DNA from: Mayamaea pseudoterrestris
Lineage: Eukaryota
Direction of reading: 5' to 3'
Length of the DNA stretch: 64,000 nucleotides
NCBI GenBank assembly: GCA_027923505.1
Contig: BROI01000010.1
Location: 558,001-622,000, forward strand
Below the pieces are notes generated by a model, which was not told where the DNA came from, ran no database searches, and saw nothing but the letters and a program-made list of their open reading frames with translations. Made by a program: the position numbers and the translations under genes. Below are positions 45,217-56,337 of the stretch, one piece after another; positions within the stretch are counted from its first letter, which is position 1, and each line of letters starts with the position of its first letter.

Positions 45217-47177
45217 ATGGCTGGATCTCCCGCCAAGACGATGCGTTTTCCTGCTTATCAGATCGACTTTAGTGCGGTTGCTTCGGGCAAGCGAGTGGCG
45301 GCGACGAAGCGTCGGATCCGTTGGTACGTGTATAGCCGTTGGCCACAAGCAAGGCTCTTGTTGCAAGGCTAGCTTTGTCGCGTATGATGCTATCGTCCAC
45401 GTATCATGCCTTGTTGAATCTCTTCACATTTCTCACTACGCATGTGTATTTGCGCAGGAGATTTGGATTCCCGAATCTGCAGGCGCTGGAAGCTGGCCGA
45501 ACCGCCCAAGATGCTCGCGGAGAAGAGCACGAGGTGGTTGTCGTATGGTCCATTACCAGCGGCAAACGTCAGATATTGATGGATGGCAAGGAGATCACCT
45601 ACAACTCGAGTCGCACTGGAGTTCTCGATCACTCGTGGGCGACACGGGGCAACCACGTCGTCAAGGTCATTTGTCACGCGGCTGCTCCCATGACCCCAAC
45701 GCCTGGTTTTCGCCAGTACGACTTATTCATCGATGGCCAAAGTTTTTTCAACTTTCCAAAGGTGTATGAGCTTGGGCTTCGCGGTATGGCGACGACGTCT
45801 CCGCGCGCTGGCGCCGGTAGCTATGCAGGAGGAGGAGGAGGTGGTAGCCCACGCGCATACAGCTACGAACCGGAGGGTCCTCCCATTAGTGGACCACGCA
45901 CTCCGGAGGAGGAAGAGGCCGAGTTGCAGCGGGCTATTAATGCATCTCTTGCGGAGACGCGTTCACATTTGAACGAGAAACAGGAAAGTGCGCCTGCCCC
46001 GGTGGCGGACTTGCTTGACTTGGGAGGTGGTGATGGTTTTGCTTCATCGCAAGGCGATTCCCTGGTTCCGTATGTCAATGGGCCGCCGCAGTCGCAGCCA
46101 CCCTATGGTTACAATGCTCCTTCACAGCATCAGCAACCCGATTACAATCAGGCACCTCCCGCAGGTTATGGGCAGCCTTCCTCCTATGGACAACCTCCTC
46201 CGCCGCAACAGGCGTATCCAGCTTTGATGCCGCCCGAGGGAGCGCAGCAGCAGTATGGCGGCACTACATCGCATCAGACAGAATATGGTCAGCCGCATCC
46301 ACCTGGTGCGTACGCTTATGGGCAACAGCCGCCACAAGTCATCTATGGGGCTCCGCAGCCTCAGCAGCAGGCTGAATATGGATATGCAGCTGCCCCGCAG
46401 GACCCATTTGCCCCCAAGCCACCATCGTTTCACGAAACGGCAAACGAAATTCTCAAGGGATATGGCCCAGGTCCATCGGATGGTTCCTATAACTATCAAC
46501 CAGGCGTGTTGAATCCTCCTATGCCGCCGGCACCTGATGCCAATGGATATGGCAGTTCATTTGCGCATGATTCAAGCGCGTCATACGAGGAGCAGCAGTA
46601 CGACCCGTCGCCAATGAATGGTGGAGGATTGACGATGGACACCTTGGCTATCACGGAAGAGGAGCCACAAAATCCGTTTGATGCGGTGATTAAGAAACTT
46701 GTTAACATTGACCGCATTGACGAACCGGCCGAGGTCCAGTACAAGCTGACTATGAAGAAACAAGAAAATGAGAAGAAAGGCAAAGCCGGCAAATCTGTTC
46801 CTAAGCCTCCAGTGGCACAGGGACTGGTGGGAACGGGAGCGACGCTTTCGCAAATCAAGCAGGTCAAACCGGAGACGCAAATTAAGGAGGATATAATGCG
46901 AGCTCCTCCAGCGGCGTGGCATCCAGACGCTGTGCATGCTGGAGCTTTGGTGGTTCACGGGCAAGGTCCGCCGCCGCTTGGTCAGCCGCAGGGTATGGTT
47001 GGATTTGGAGTCGGATACAACCCCATGGCGGCGCAAATGTACAATGGCGGGGGTGGTGGACCATCGTACTATGGAGGACCGCAGCAGCAGCAGCAGCAGC
47101 AGCAGCAGCACGGGATGATGGCGAATGGACATTTGCCGCAACAGCAGGCAATGCAGCCTCAGTATGGCTATCGTTAA
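45217..47177 (+). CDS. FAIM-like beta-domain protein with UIM, clathrin-box, DPF/NPF motifs and P/Q/Y/G-rich tail; intron 45324-45457
   Basis: Spliced KRRIR-W-RFGF; HEVVVVWSITSGKRQILMDGKEI; EEEEAELQRAINASLAE; DLLDL; QDPF; QNPF. Confidence 0.75.
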
Positions 47178-47323
47178 TGTGCAGATTGATTGAATGCTTA
47201 TTAGGCGAGGCTTTTCAGCGCGCAAAAACGAAACGACCTTTCATTGCTCGGGGTATATTAGTAGACTTTTAGTAGACTATCCTACGAAAAAAGATTTGAG
47301 TAGATGTAGTTGTGATAGTTTGC

Positions 47324-48853
47324 TTACAACGTTGTGTCATCTAGATGGAAACCCATAAACTCGTAGTTGCGCTTTGACGAGGCACACGCTCCACCGGCCG
47401 CACATCCCGAGCAGCAGGCTCCATCTTCGTCGTCTTCATGGCGTGCCAATACATCACGACGGCCCCGATAGTAGTTGCGTAAAGCACGATCCTTGATCAC
47501 AAACTGGAACAAAGCCTCCAACTGATCATCGAGCGAACGGCTTGACTTGAATGCCTTCGGCGCCCGCAGCTTGGCCGAGTTGGTAACAAACGCAAGGCAG
47601 AAACGAACCCACGCCGAGACCTTGGCGTAGTTCATCGTACCCGAGTGCTGACGAAATTCAATCGTCGGCTGGCGACCAGTTCGCAAGTTTTGAAGGTTCA
47701 GCTTGTAGTAGCGGGACCCTCCGTTGTTCATCATGTCAATCAGCGAATGTAAGTCGGCACAGGCAGCCAGGCCAGTCAGACACTGTCGATTGGTCAAAAG
47801 GTTGTTACGACTCACCGAACGGCGGTTGCTCGCAAAGAATTCGTCACACTGGGGACTTCCAGTACGACGGGACGCTGGCATGAGCGAGTCCATGGCGGCT
47901 TCATACTTGACAAAGTTTTGGCATACCTTGACGAGCTGCTCGTGGGAGAGAGAGGATACATCAACATGAACATGAAAACCCATGCTCTTATTGACCTTGA
48001 GGCCGGGGCGGATATTTAAAATGCTTCTGAGAAGAGCATTGATTTGTGAGAGACCTTCGCCTCCACATAAAATGGGCGAAACAAGCTCTAGCGTGTTGCA
48101 GTCCGGGAGGGACGGCCCGCACATGATGCTCGAGTCGGGAACAATCTTCCAATTCGTCGATGTAGCTCTTCCGTGGCCATATGAGTCAATCGCATCGACA
48201 TTGAGGTGAGTCGATTGAGAAAGTTCATTCGCTAGATACGAAGGCGAAATGTGAACCGGCGCAGTCAACTCGAGCTCAACTCCAAACTGCAATTGCTCCG
48301 AAATCTTGATAAATTTGAGCGGTCTTGGAGGCCGGTGCTCGGTAAAAGTCATGACTTGCGACTCCACTTGCGACGTTCGAGCGTCAATGACAAAATCGAC
48401 TTTCATGGCACTGCCACCTCTGCCTCGGATCGTAATGATCCGTGGCTGATTCACCATGCCGTGCGTCTGCTGACGTGTACTAAAGCGCCAGACGAATCGT
48501 CCCCCTGGACGCTCGAGTTGAACAGGGCATGAGCAAATAAAAACAGACGTTGCAAACATGGCTCCAAGGTCAAACGAAACACGCTCAATCACGTCAGGGT
48601 CGCCCTGAAGAACATCAACAAAAAGCGTCCAATCATGAGTCTTGTGGTATTTCCCAGACCGATCCAACTTGGCCTTCGACAACGGAAGACGCTTGTAAGT
48701 GTTTCCCACAACAAACTGAACGCTGCGACTGTTAACATTGGTGGTCATCATCCTGTGCTGGGTTTTATAGTTAATGAAGGAGAGAGGGGAAATTTGTGCC
48801 TCGTTGCTTGCGTTGCGTGCGTGACGATCGGTTGAAGATCCACTCGGGGTCAT
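47324..48853 (-). CDS. YEATS-like domain fused to a putative amidoligase (COOH-NH2 ligase, Amidoligase_2 type)
   Basis: N-terminal FVVGNTY...THDWTLFV...IERVSFDL. C-terminal FGVELEL, WKIVPDSSI, ELVSPIL, MGFHVHV, RYYKLNL, TIEFRQHSGT. Confidence 0.82.
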   Translation of the reverse strand: MTPSGSSTDRHARNASNEAQISPLSFINYKTQHRMMTTNVNSRSVQFVVGNTYKRLPLSKAKLDRSGKYHKTHDWTLFVDVLQGDPDVIERVSFDLGAMFATSVFICSCPVQLERPGGRFVWRFSTRQQTHGMVNQPRIITIRGRGGSAMKVDFVIDARTSQVESQVMTFTEHRPPRPLKFIKISEQLQFGVELELTAPVHISPSYLANELSQSTHLNVDAIDSYGHGRATSTNWKIVPDSSIMCGPSLPDCNTLELVSPILCGGEGLSQINALLRSILNIRPGLKVNKSMGFHVHVDVSSLSHEQLVKVCQNFVKYEAAMDSLMPASRRTGSPQCDEFFASNRRSVSRNNLLTNRQCLTGLAACADLHSLIDMMNNGGSRYYKLNLQNLRTGRQPTIEFRQHSGTMNYAKVSAWVRFCLAFVTNSAKLRAPKAFKSSRSLDDQLEALFQFVIKDRALRNYYRGRRDVLARHEDDEDGACCSGCAAGGACASSKRNYEFMGFHLDDTTL

Positions 48854-49125
48854 TTTGTCGTACCGTTATATAGAATGTGTCGTACCAAGACTCGAATCCT
48901 TGTCGTCAACCACCATGGGCATGCCAAGCATTCGCCTCTCGCCTCTAATACTCATCGGCGCCGCTCCCGTATACCATAGTACTTGCATCATCGACTGCTC
49001 TCAGGCTATAACAACAACAAACACCCATAAGTTCAAAATTTGCGATCTGACTGTGCCAAAGTCGGTGCCTTGCTTCTTTATATTTCACAATTATCTACGG
49101 TCGCAGCAGCAGCAAAAACAACAAC

Positions 49126-49545
49126 ATGTTTACGGACAATACAAAAATAGGTTCCGGACTCCTGTTTCTTGGATGCGTCTTTCTCTTTCTTGGTTGTCTA
49201 TTCTTCTTTGATAGTGCCATGCTTGCGATTGGAGATATATTGTTTTTGACAGGCTTGGTCATGACGATTGGATTCAGTCGAACCGTTCGATTCTTCAGTC
49301 GGCCAGAGCGAATGCGCGGAATTGTCGCCTTCTTTGGCGGAGTCTTCCTCGTCATGATTCGATGGCCCATTATCGGAATGATACTTCAACTGTATGGATT
49401 GGTGTACTTGTTTGGACAATTCTTTCCTATTGCGGCACAGTCGATGAAGGATACGCCGGTGATTGGACAGGTCTTTAGCGTTCCAGCAGTAGAACGGTTT
49501 TTTGATAGCTTTGGCGGAAAGAGCAAGCGGCGGGCTCCAGTCTAA
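49126..49545 (+). CDS. GOT1: Vesicle transport protein GOT1
   Basis: [12 protein letters not shown]...[15 protein letters not shown]...[18 protein letters not shown], with four TM segments. Confidence 0.93.
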   Translation: MFTDNTKIGSGLLFLGCVFLFLGCLFFFDSAMLAIGDILFLTGLVMTIGFSRTVRFFSRPERMRGIVAFFGGVFLVMIRWPIIGMILQLYGLVYLFGQFFPIAAQSMKDTPVIGQVFSVPAVERFFDSFGGKSKRRAPV

Positions 49546-49620
49546 TTGCCAATATACATGCAGGAACAAGTCGTAGAGCCGATGCGTTGGCTGAAAGACA
49601 AATGAAAATAAAAAAGTAGA

Positions 49621-51654
49621 TTATGCTGACTGTGAAGTCAGTCGTTCAATAAGCTCGGCCTTCGTCCCAGATACCTTTAACCCCCTCTCTCGTAGCACTT
49701 GCTTTAAGTTTGGTATAGTCATTTTGGTGAAATCGCTGGGCGTGCGGTCAGAGAATGGCTGAAAAGCATGAGCAGATGCTTGCTCCGGCGATGAACCCGA
49801 CCTTTTATTCCGCCGACCGATTGTTTCACTCATAGAATCCCCTGCTTCGCCAATTATTGCCTCTTTTACAACGCTACTTTGCCGTACTGCGACATCCTCC
49901 AAAAAGTCATCTGCGGCTAGTTGAGCACTTATTCCATAGCTGGTTTCTTGACCTTCGTTCATCTCCTCGAGTTGCTGCTCAAGCGACGCGAAAAAGTCGT
50001 CGTCGGGGGAGGCTACCACAGTCCCATAACCTTTTACATTTGCTTTTTGAGTGGTTTGTCGATCCTGTCTTGGGGTTTCGCTTGTTGTATCAGTGAATTC
50101 AGTCATGAGAGAGGCGAAAAAATCATCCTCGGACGATTGCTCCACCACATTCCGATCCGCGCTTGCCATCACTTTGGATCCGCCCATTTCCTTCGACAGA
50201 TCAGCTACCAAACTATCAAAAAAATTATCAGAGTCAGACTTGGATTGCGGGGCAGCCGATCTCGCAGATGTGACGAAAGAACTCCAATCGTCTTTATCAG
50301 GTACACTCGACGTTTGCAAATTGCCCTGGTTCCGCTCGCGCCGTTGTTGCCTTTCGGGCTTCCTACCCCACTGGCTGTCCGCGTCGCCTATCGACCAATT
50401 ACTTTTTTCAGCGTCAATGTCATTTTCCGATGACGTTGCTTGAAATACTCTACCCTCACTATCAGAGGCTGTCACACTCCTTCCACCCTCTTGGCGTTGT
50501 CGTTGCTGACCTTGGTACCAGTTCCAGTTCCTCTCGTCGCGCGTCTGCTCGCCGTCGTTTCGACCGCCAGGCCTGTCTCTAGAATGAAACTCAGCTGCTG
50601 CTCGGTCCTGTCGTCGATTCCTCGGCTGTGGGGCGCCACGCATTACATTAAATGGTTGACGCTGTGATTGAAAGCCATCGTAATCGTCACCACGCCGTTG
50701 TTCGCGGCCATGTGACGGACCATCAATATCTTGCTGCGTAATCGGCTGCTTTGGCCCAGATAGTCCTTGAAGTATCTCCATGCTGGAGAGCTTGCGTACA
50801 TCGTCAGGTTGCAGCCAAACATCGAAAGTCGACCCGTACGTATAAAACCGGACAAATATTTGCCCATCTTTTAAACGTCGAACCACTCCGTCGTCGCCAA
50901 AGTACTGTGACTTCTTTGTTACTTTAACCATGTCGTCCACCTTCAAACCCTTATAAACTTTCAAATCCTCTTCGGTAACTTGGTGCTTAGCTGCCGCCTT
51001 TGCTTCCGCTTCGGCCGAGTCAACAATAACCAGAGCGTTCCCATCAGGTGATGATCCGGCACTACCAATTTCTTCTTGGTCGCGTTCTTCATCACCATCA
51101 TCGACCCACTCCTCCAAGCCATAGTTCTCTACTTCCATCTCATTCAACGCAATTGGCACTGGCGGCAATCTCCGTTGTCGTTTAAAATGAATCGTTCCCA
51201 TAAAGGATCGCATCAAATCTAAACCAGTGAGCGCCTCGTACACATCTGGGCATAGTCGCAGTTTAGCAAAAACATAGCCAGGAAATTTGACCTTTGTCTC
51301 CGACACCATGCGCTTGGCGCCATGCGAGCGAGTCGTTCGCGTCACTGGCACGACGAAGCGATGGGCGTCTGAAAGATTCTTGCAGACTTGGCGACACTGC
51401 TGGAGCAAGAGGGGTTCAAGCCCTGCCACGCAATTCAAAACATACCAGTATGGCTCATCATTTTCTTCTAACCCAATGCGCTCCCACGCTGTCTCATGTA
51501 GACATGTTGTTCGAAGTTTAGGTGCGGGGAAAAAGGTAGCTGGCGGAGAAGTGGTCGTCCGCGGCGACGACTCAAGATTTCGAGGCGTAAAACCTTCAAC
51601 AGCCATCCAAAAGCGGGTCAATATGACAAAGAGGTATATATAGAGGCACCTCAT
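49621..51654 (-). CDS. nusG: Plastid-targeted NusG-like factor (NGN + KOW) with C-terminal SAP domain
   Basis: Signal ...AVEG-FTP; WYVLNCVAGLE, KFPGYVF; KOW GLKVDDMVKV...GDDGVV; SAP MTIPNLKQVLRERGLKVSGTKAELIERL. Confidence 0.8.
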   Translation of the reverse strand: MRCLYIYLFVILTRFWMAVEGFTPRNLESSPRTTTSPPATFFPAPKLRTTCLHETAWERIGLEENDEPYWYVLNCVAGLEPLLLQQCRQVCKNLSDAHRFVVPVTRTTRSHGAKRMVSETKVKFPGYVFAKLRLCPDVYEALTGLDLMRSFMGTIHFKRQRRLPPVPIALNEMEVENYGLEEWVDDGDEERDQEEIGSAGSSPDGNALVIVDSAEAEAKAAAKHQVTEEDLKVYKGLKVDDMVKVTKKSQYFGDDGVVRRLKDGQIFVRFYTYGSTFDVWLQPDDVRKLSSMEILQGLSGPKQPITQQDIDGPSHGREQRRGDDYDGFQSQRQPFNVMRGAPQPRNRRQDRAAAEFHSRDRPGGRNDGEQTRDERNWNWYQGQQRQRQEGGRSVTASDSEGRVFQATSSENDIDAEKSNWSIGDADSQWGRKPERQQRRERNQGNLQTSSVPDKDDWSSFVTSARSAAPQSKSDSDNFFDSLVADLSKEMGGSKVMASADRNVVEQSSEDDFFASLMTEFTDTTSETPRQDRQTTQKANVKGYGTVVASPDDDFFASLEQQLEEMNEGQETSYGISAQLAADDFLEDVAVRQSSVVKEAIIGEAGDSMSETIGRRNKRSGSSPEQASAHAFQPFSDRTPSDFTKMTIPNLKQVLRERGLKVSGTKAELIERLTSQSA

Positions 51655-51979
51655 AGTCTTATATGGTTGTCGATAGAGGAGAAGGCGGTTCTCTCCTCAA
51701 ATATGTGACGGATGGATGCGTGTGAACGAGTGAAAACTTCGTCGAGACAGCTCGGAGTTTTCAATAAGCCTCACTTGTTTTCATTCTGCGAATCCTTGAA
51801 AGATCTGTCTGATCAGTTTTCATTTCAGTAACGGTACGATGTTTCGATGACGACGTTACAATCGTTGCGCTGCGTCCGCTCGAATCTAAAAAATAATGCT
51901 CCACCCAGTTGATGTCAAACTCAAAAATCAGCTCTAACTTCGCACATTGTGATTAACAGCTACTTTTATTATCCAAGGC

Positions 51980-52930
51980 ATGACATCTGGAGTCCGACAC
52001 AAGCATACGTTTTTCTTTGCCGTCACACATATCACCATGCTCACGTTCGCGATGTCCTCACCAATTCTCGGTCTCGTCGAGACGCAAGTAATACGTCAAC
52101 AGTCATTTTACCGAGCTGCCCTATGTTCGTCTGCTGAAAGCATAGATCAAGAGAAACAAGTATTGGCTACTCCTTGGACGCCATGGGATCGTCCCGAATC
52201 TATCAAGAGAATGGTGTCGAAGCGATCCAGACGGAACAAAAATCGATGCCGACAGCATGTCAATCCTTTAGCCAGTCAGTTTCAAAAGAATACGGTTTTA
52301 CCTGATACTTGGCCGCAGTCTAATTTTATAGATCCTCACAAGCCTCTTCACTTAGACATTGGTTGCGGAAAGGGAGGATTTCTTATGGACTTTGCAGCTT
52401 TTAATGTAAAGCCAGGGGACAGTTCTAAAACCTTCAACTACAATCATCTCGGACTTGAGATACGACCACCTGTCGTGCAACTTGCAAAAACTCGACTTAT
52501 CGAACGACAGCTACAAGGAAATGTCGACGTGATCGGATGTAACGCCAATGTTGACCTGGATCGTATCCTCTCGCTCTACCCTGGTCCACTGCAGCTCGTG
52601 TCGATTCAGTTTCCCGATCCACACTTCAAGTCACAGCACGCCAAGCGACGAGTCGTGCGAATGGAACTGGTGCAGTGCATTGCAAAACACCTTGTCGAGA
52701 ATGGAAGCGTTTTCTTGCAGAGTGACATTCAACCCGTCCTGGATGACATGCGGGCGCGGTTCGCAGATTGCGATGAATATTTCGTCGACAATCAGCCGAT
52801 AGGCGAGTATTTGCTGGAAAATCCCCTTGGCGTGCCGACGGAACGAGAAGTGAGTGTTGTGGAGCGGGACTTGCCTGTGTATAGAGCCATGTTTTGTCGG
52901 AATGGTCAAAAGTTTAAATATTGTGTATGA
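51980..52930 (+). CDS. trmB: tRNA (guanine-N7)-methyltransferase, TrmB-like, probably organellar
   Basis: RQHVNPL, LDIGCGKG, GLEIR, CNAN, QFPDPHFK, LQSD, PTERE. Confidence 0.92.
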   Translation: MTSGVRHKHTFFFAVTHITMLTFAMSSPILGLVETQVIRQQSFYRAALCSSAESIDQEKQVLATPWTPWDRPESIKRMVSKRSRRNKNRCRQHVNPLASQFQKNTVLPDTWPQSNFIDPHKPLHLDIGCGKGGFLMDFAAFNVKPGDSSKTFNYNHLGLEIRPPVVQLAKTRLIERQLQGNVDVIGCNANVDLDRILSLYPGPLQLVSIQFPDPHFKSQHAKRRVVRMELVQCIAKHLVENGSVFLQSDIQPVLDDMRARFADCDEYFVDNQPIGEYLLENPLGVPTEREVSVVERDLPVYRAMFCRNGQKFKYCV

Positions 52931-53127
52931 TGAACGATTCGCTCCTTGGCGAGCAAAACAATGAAGAGGAATATCACGATTTGAGTATTGATTGTTAATC
53001 AAAACATTATTTCAGTTGTATATCTTGTAACGTATATTTCTATTTTTATATAGTAAACGCCAGACTCCGACCGTTCGAGCGTCCTGCACGCTGCATGCAT
53101 GTGGCATCCAAAGTGGCAGCACAATCA

Positions 53128-54521
53128 TTACAAATTGCGCATGTCAGCAGGCAAGTCGGTCACGAACATATGTCCGGCCGAGTGCGTGATCGCAAATGGC
53201 ACATTCGAGTCCATCAAGACGGACTGTGGAGTTACGCCGCAGGCATGAAAGACTGGAACTTCGTCAGGGCCAACGGCAATGGCATCGCCCCAATCCGGAC
53301 TGTCAATGTCGTGGATACCAATAATGTCGGCCCGTCCAATGCTCACTGGACCGCCATGAGCATGCATGAACTTTGACGTTATCTCAACCTCATTGGCAAC
53401 TTGAAGGGCGGGAATAGGCTTCATAGACACGACCATGCAACCTTGAAGCGATCCAGCTGGTCGACACTTTAAAGTGGTCTTGTACATTGGAACATTCTTA
53501 GCTTGTTCAGCAGATCGCAATGGGATGCCAGCCTCCAAAAAGGAGCCGTCGTAGGAAAAGGAGCAACCGATGAGAAATGCAACTGACCGCTCGGGCCATT
53601 CCTCAACAACATCTGTGGTTTCCTTTTCCAGCTTTCCATTGCGATATATAGCGTACCTGTAATTGAGGGAAGGGAAGAAGCAATCAATCTAGTAAGCATC
53701 ACTCCATGATGTTTTATGACCTTGTTGATGCAGCATCGAACGAGTGAGAAACAAGAACATACCTTGGCAAGTCCGTCCGGAGATCTGCCCCTAAAGCAAC
53801 GCCGACTGGATGGTAACTACCGACGTCGCAAACTTCAATCAACGGACATGCCTGTAGAGTAGAGGTTTCAGTGATAAATAAAATGTAAACTCAAACCTTG
53901 CAGTGCCATACTCGCTGGCGTGATATGCTCACTTCTCACCTTTGGATTCCGTTGACAAAAGAGCAAAAAGTCAAAGGCATGCTGACCCTCTGGCAACACC
54001 ACCAAGTTGCACTGCAAAAAGCCAGGGCATTGTCCATTCGTCGGGCCGGTATACAAGCCGTCCCGACAGAGTCGACGCAAGTGACGCGGTTCGTCCGTGT
54101 TTCTAGAGGCAAAACGCGGAACGCCATAGTAGTCGAGCTGCAATGATGTTGCCGTCGATCCGCCTGAATCGTTCTTACTAGACTGATGTTGAAGCGTAGT
54201 CTCCCACGGTTGGCAAATATTAAGCATTCTGCTACCTGCAGTTGTAGAACTACCGATATGGCTTAAAGAACCAGCATGTCGAGGTCCCAGTTCCACGGAT
54301 GGCAGAGCCGCCTTCAGCTCTGCAAGCTCCGATTGCGTAAATGCGTTAACTCTTGATCCAATGCTTCCTTCTTGTGGCTGGCATGCAGGCAAGGCGTGGC
54401 GCAAGATAGACGTCCGAGGGTCGCCATTTATTATCTGATGCTTGTCAGTGACGTTGCGCGAATGGTCGGAATGGTGGAGCAGGTCTACCGGCTTTGAGAG
54501 TTTCGCTGCTTCTTCCGCCAT
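53128..54521 (-). CDS. D-glutamate cyclase-like / DUF1445 putative hydro-lyase; introns 53852-53939 and 53657-53762
   Basis: Splicing gives [18 protein letters not shown]...[16 protein letters not shown]...AFLIGCSFS...VPMYKT...HGGPV...ACGVTPQ...[12 protein letters not shown]. Confidence 0.9.
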
Positions 54522-54873
54522 GTCTGTTATCTAGAAAATGATTGGTCAATGCAACGGACAGTGACTAGTAATATGATACAGTACAGGTGGTCGCCTCGAA
54601 AAAAGGTAAGTTGTGTGCTGACGAACGTTGAGTCTTTCTTCCGTGCCCGAATTTGATCCTGCAATGTTTGTTCGACTTCGCCGCCTCGTGTCGCAACGGT
54701 TTCGCTGCGATTTTTTTCTCGTGCCGCAGCACTTCAAAACCATCCACCAATGGGATTGCGCACTGCTGCTTTAGGGCAACATTTTCACGGCTGATATACA
54801 GCATCACTGACAGCTACAATACCTGCATTGTACATATACATAGCAGAACTTTAACGTAGAGCAAAAAACCATC

Positions 54874-56301
54874 ATGAGCGGTCGTCGAAGAGTAATTCCC
54901 GAGGAAGAATACAAGCAAATGCTTGGGTCAATCATTCGAGAGCAATATTTCCCTGACATTCCACAGCTAGAGTCGCAGTTGGCTCTTTGGGAGCGACGCA
55001 GTCATGGAGATGCTGTTGGAGCAGTCGGCGTCCGTCGGGCGGCTCGTCAATTGCAGGAACATCGCTTGACACTAAAGGACATTGAACAGGAACAAGAAAC
55101 TGACACGGACGAACGTGGATTACGCAAGCTTCCTCGACCGCTCCACCAAGAGTCAGTCACGGGATTTCATGAACGCGTTGTCAGCGAGGACAATGCAGAG
55201 TTTGAAAGAGTACAAAGCCAGGAAAAGTGCCTCACTGATATTCAAAGAAAAAAGGATTATCTCCTATCGATGGACACGAAATCTTCGACTGAGCAACACG
55301 AGCCGCGACATCCACTCGTTGATTCGCCACTACCACTGGCATCGGATCTTTTTGAACCACAATTCACTGCTACACATTTTGCTGACCAAAAGCCAGAGAC
55401 TGTCGAGAACAGTCTGTTTTTCGTACCTGTGCTGCAGAAACAATCTCACCTCGACGATGACGTTGCCATCAGTCACTTACTCATGCCGCCACCAATCAAC
55501 CGCAGCGGTTCTATTGCTGAAAAGGAAAAGGCATCACTAGTGGAATACATTCCTAAGACTCGCGTCGGCAAAATGATCGATCCGGGGGCGACCAGATTTC
55601 GGCCTCCAGTGAAGACGACTGGCCAAATAATGACCATGTTTTGTCATGATGCACATTTAGAAGGAAGTGCTACTGACAATAATGATGGAGCTTCCTGTTA
55701 TGCCTCAAGCACAGACGCTAGTACAGATCTGGACGCAACGCCAACCAAGACTTTGGCGGTGGATATGCGTCGCGCAAAGAGAAAGCGAGCGCACGAATTG
55801 GAAACCTACGTGAATATGACACCATTAGTGAAACCAAATGCGTCGCCCATTGTCACATGGGGAAGAGTTGGGGCAACACCCATGGTGCTGCGTCCAAGCG
55901 GGGCTGGCGAGGATGCTGCATCCATCACTTTCTCAGTACCTAATGCCAGTGCTCGCGATTTGGCAGCGGACCGAGCATTGGCATCTTTGGAGGAGCGAAC
56001 ACGCAAGGCCCGTGCTTCTACACAAAACAGAATGCCAGCAAAGTCAACAACTATGACCGCGAGATTAGGAAGAGTTGGTCATTCAGCGTCGGCGCGATCA
56101 GCTCATTCACTTGGGACGGCGCTGCGAGCATCAAATAATCTTGCATCAGCACTTTCGGGTCGTTTAAATGCATCCACTGCGAGGGACCATGCCCTCAAAG
56201 CGACACCGCGCATGGCGATTGAGACAACGAAGGAGGAAGGTTTGCTACTGACGAAGGGCAAACTCAGCATCACTGATGGTTTACTGCATCTTCCTACATG
56301 A
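54874..56301 (+). CDS. ESS2: Splicing factor ESS2/DGCR14 (Es2 family)
   Basis: EEEYKQMLGSIIREQYFPD, SEDNAEF and SPIVTWGRVGATP. Confidence 0.85.
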   Translation: MSGRRRVIPEEEYKQMLGSIIREQYFPDIPQLESQLALWERRSHGDAVGAVGVRRAARQLQEHRLTLKDIEQEQETDTDERGLRKLPRPLHQESVTGFHERVVSEDNAEFERVQSQEKCLTDIQRKKDYLLSMDTKSSTEQHEPRHPLVDSPLPLASDLFEPQFTATHFADQKPETVENSLFFVPVLQKQSHLDDDVAISHLLMPPPINRSGSIAEKEKASLVEYIPKTRVGKMIDPGATRFRPPVKTTGQIMTMFCHDAHLEGSATDNNDGASCYASSTDASTDLDATPTKTLAVDMRRAKRKRAHELETYVNMTPLVKPNASPIVTWGRVGATPMVLRPSGAGEDAASITFSVPNASARDLAADRALASLEERTRKARASTQNRMPAKSTTMTARLGRVGHSASARSAHSLGTALRASNNLASALSGRLNASTARDHALKATPRMAIETTKEEGLLLTKGKLSITDGLLHLPT

Positions 56302-56337
56302 TGCATTAATAAAATAGGGTTGACGCATTAGTACCAT

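Noticed and set aside
33356..51654. Functional linkage of SPT5 and its homologue NusG
   Set aside because: They are 13 kb apart with many unrelated genes between and act in different compartments; likely coincidence.
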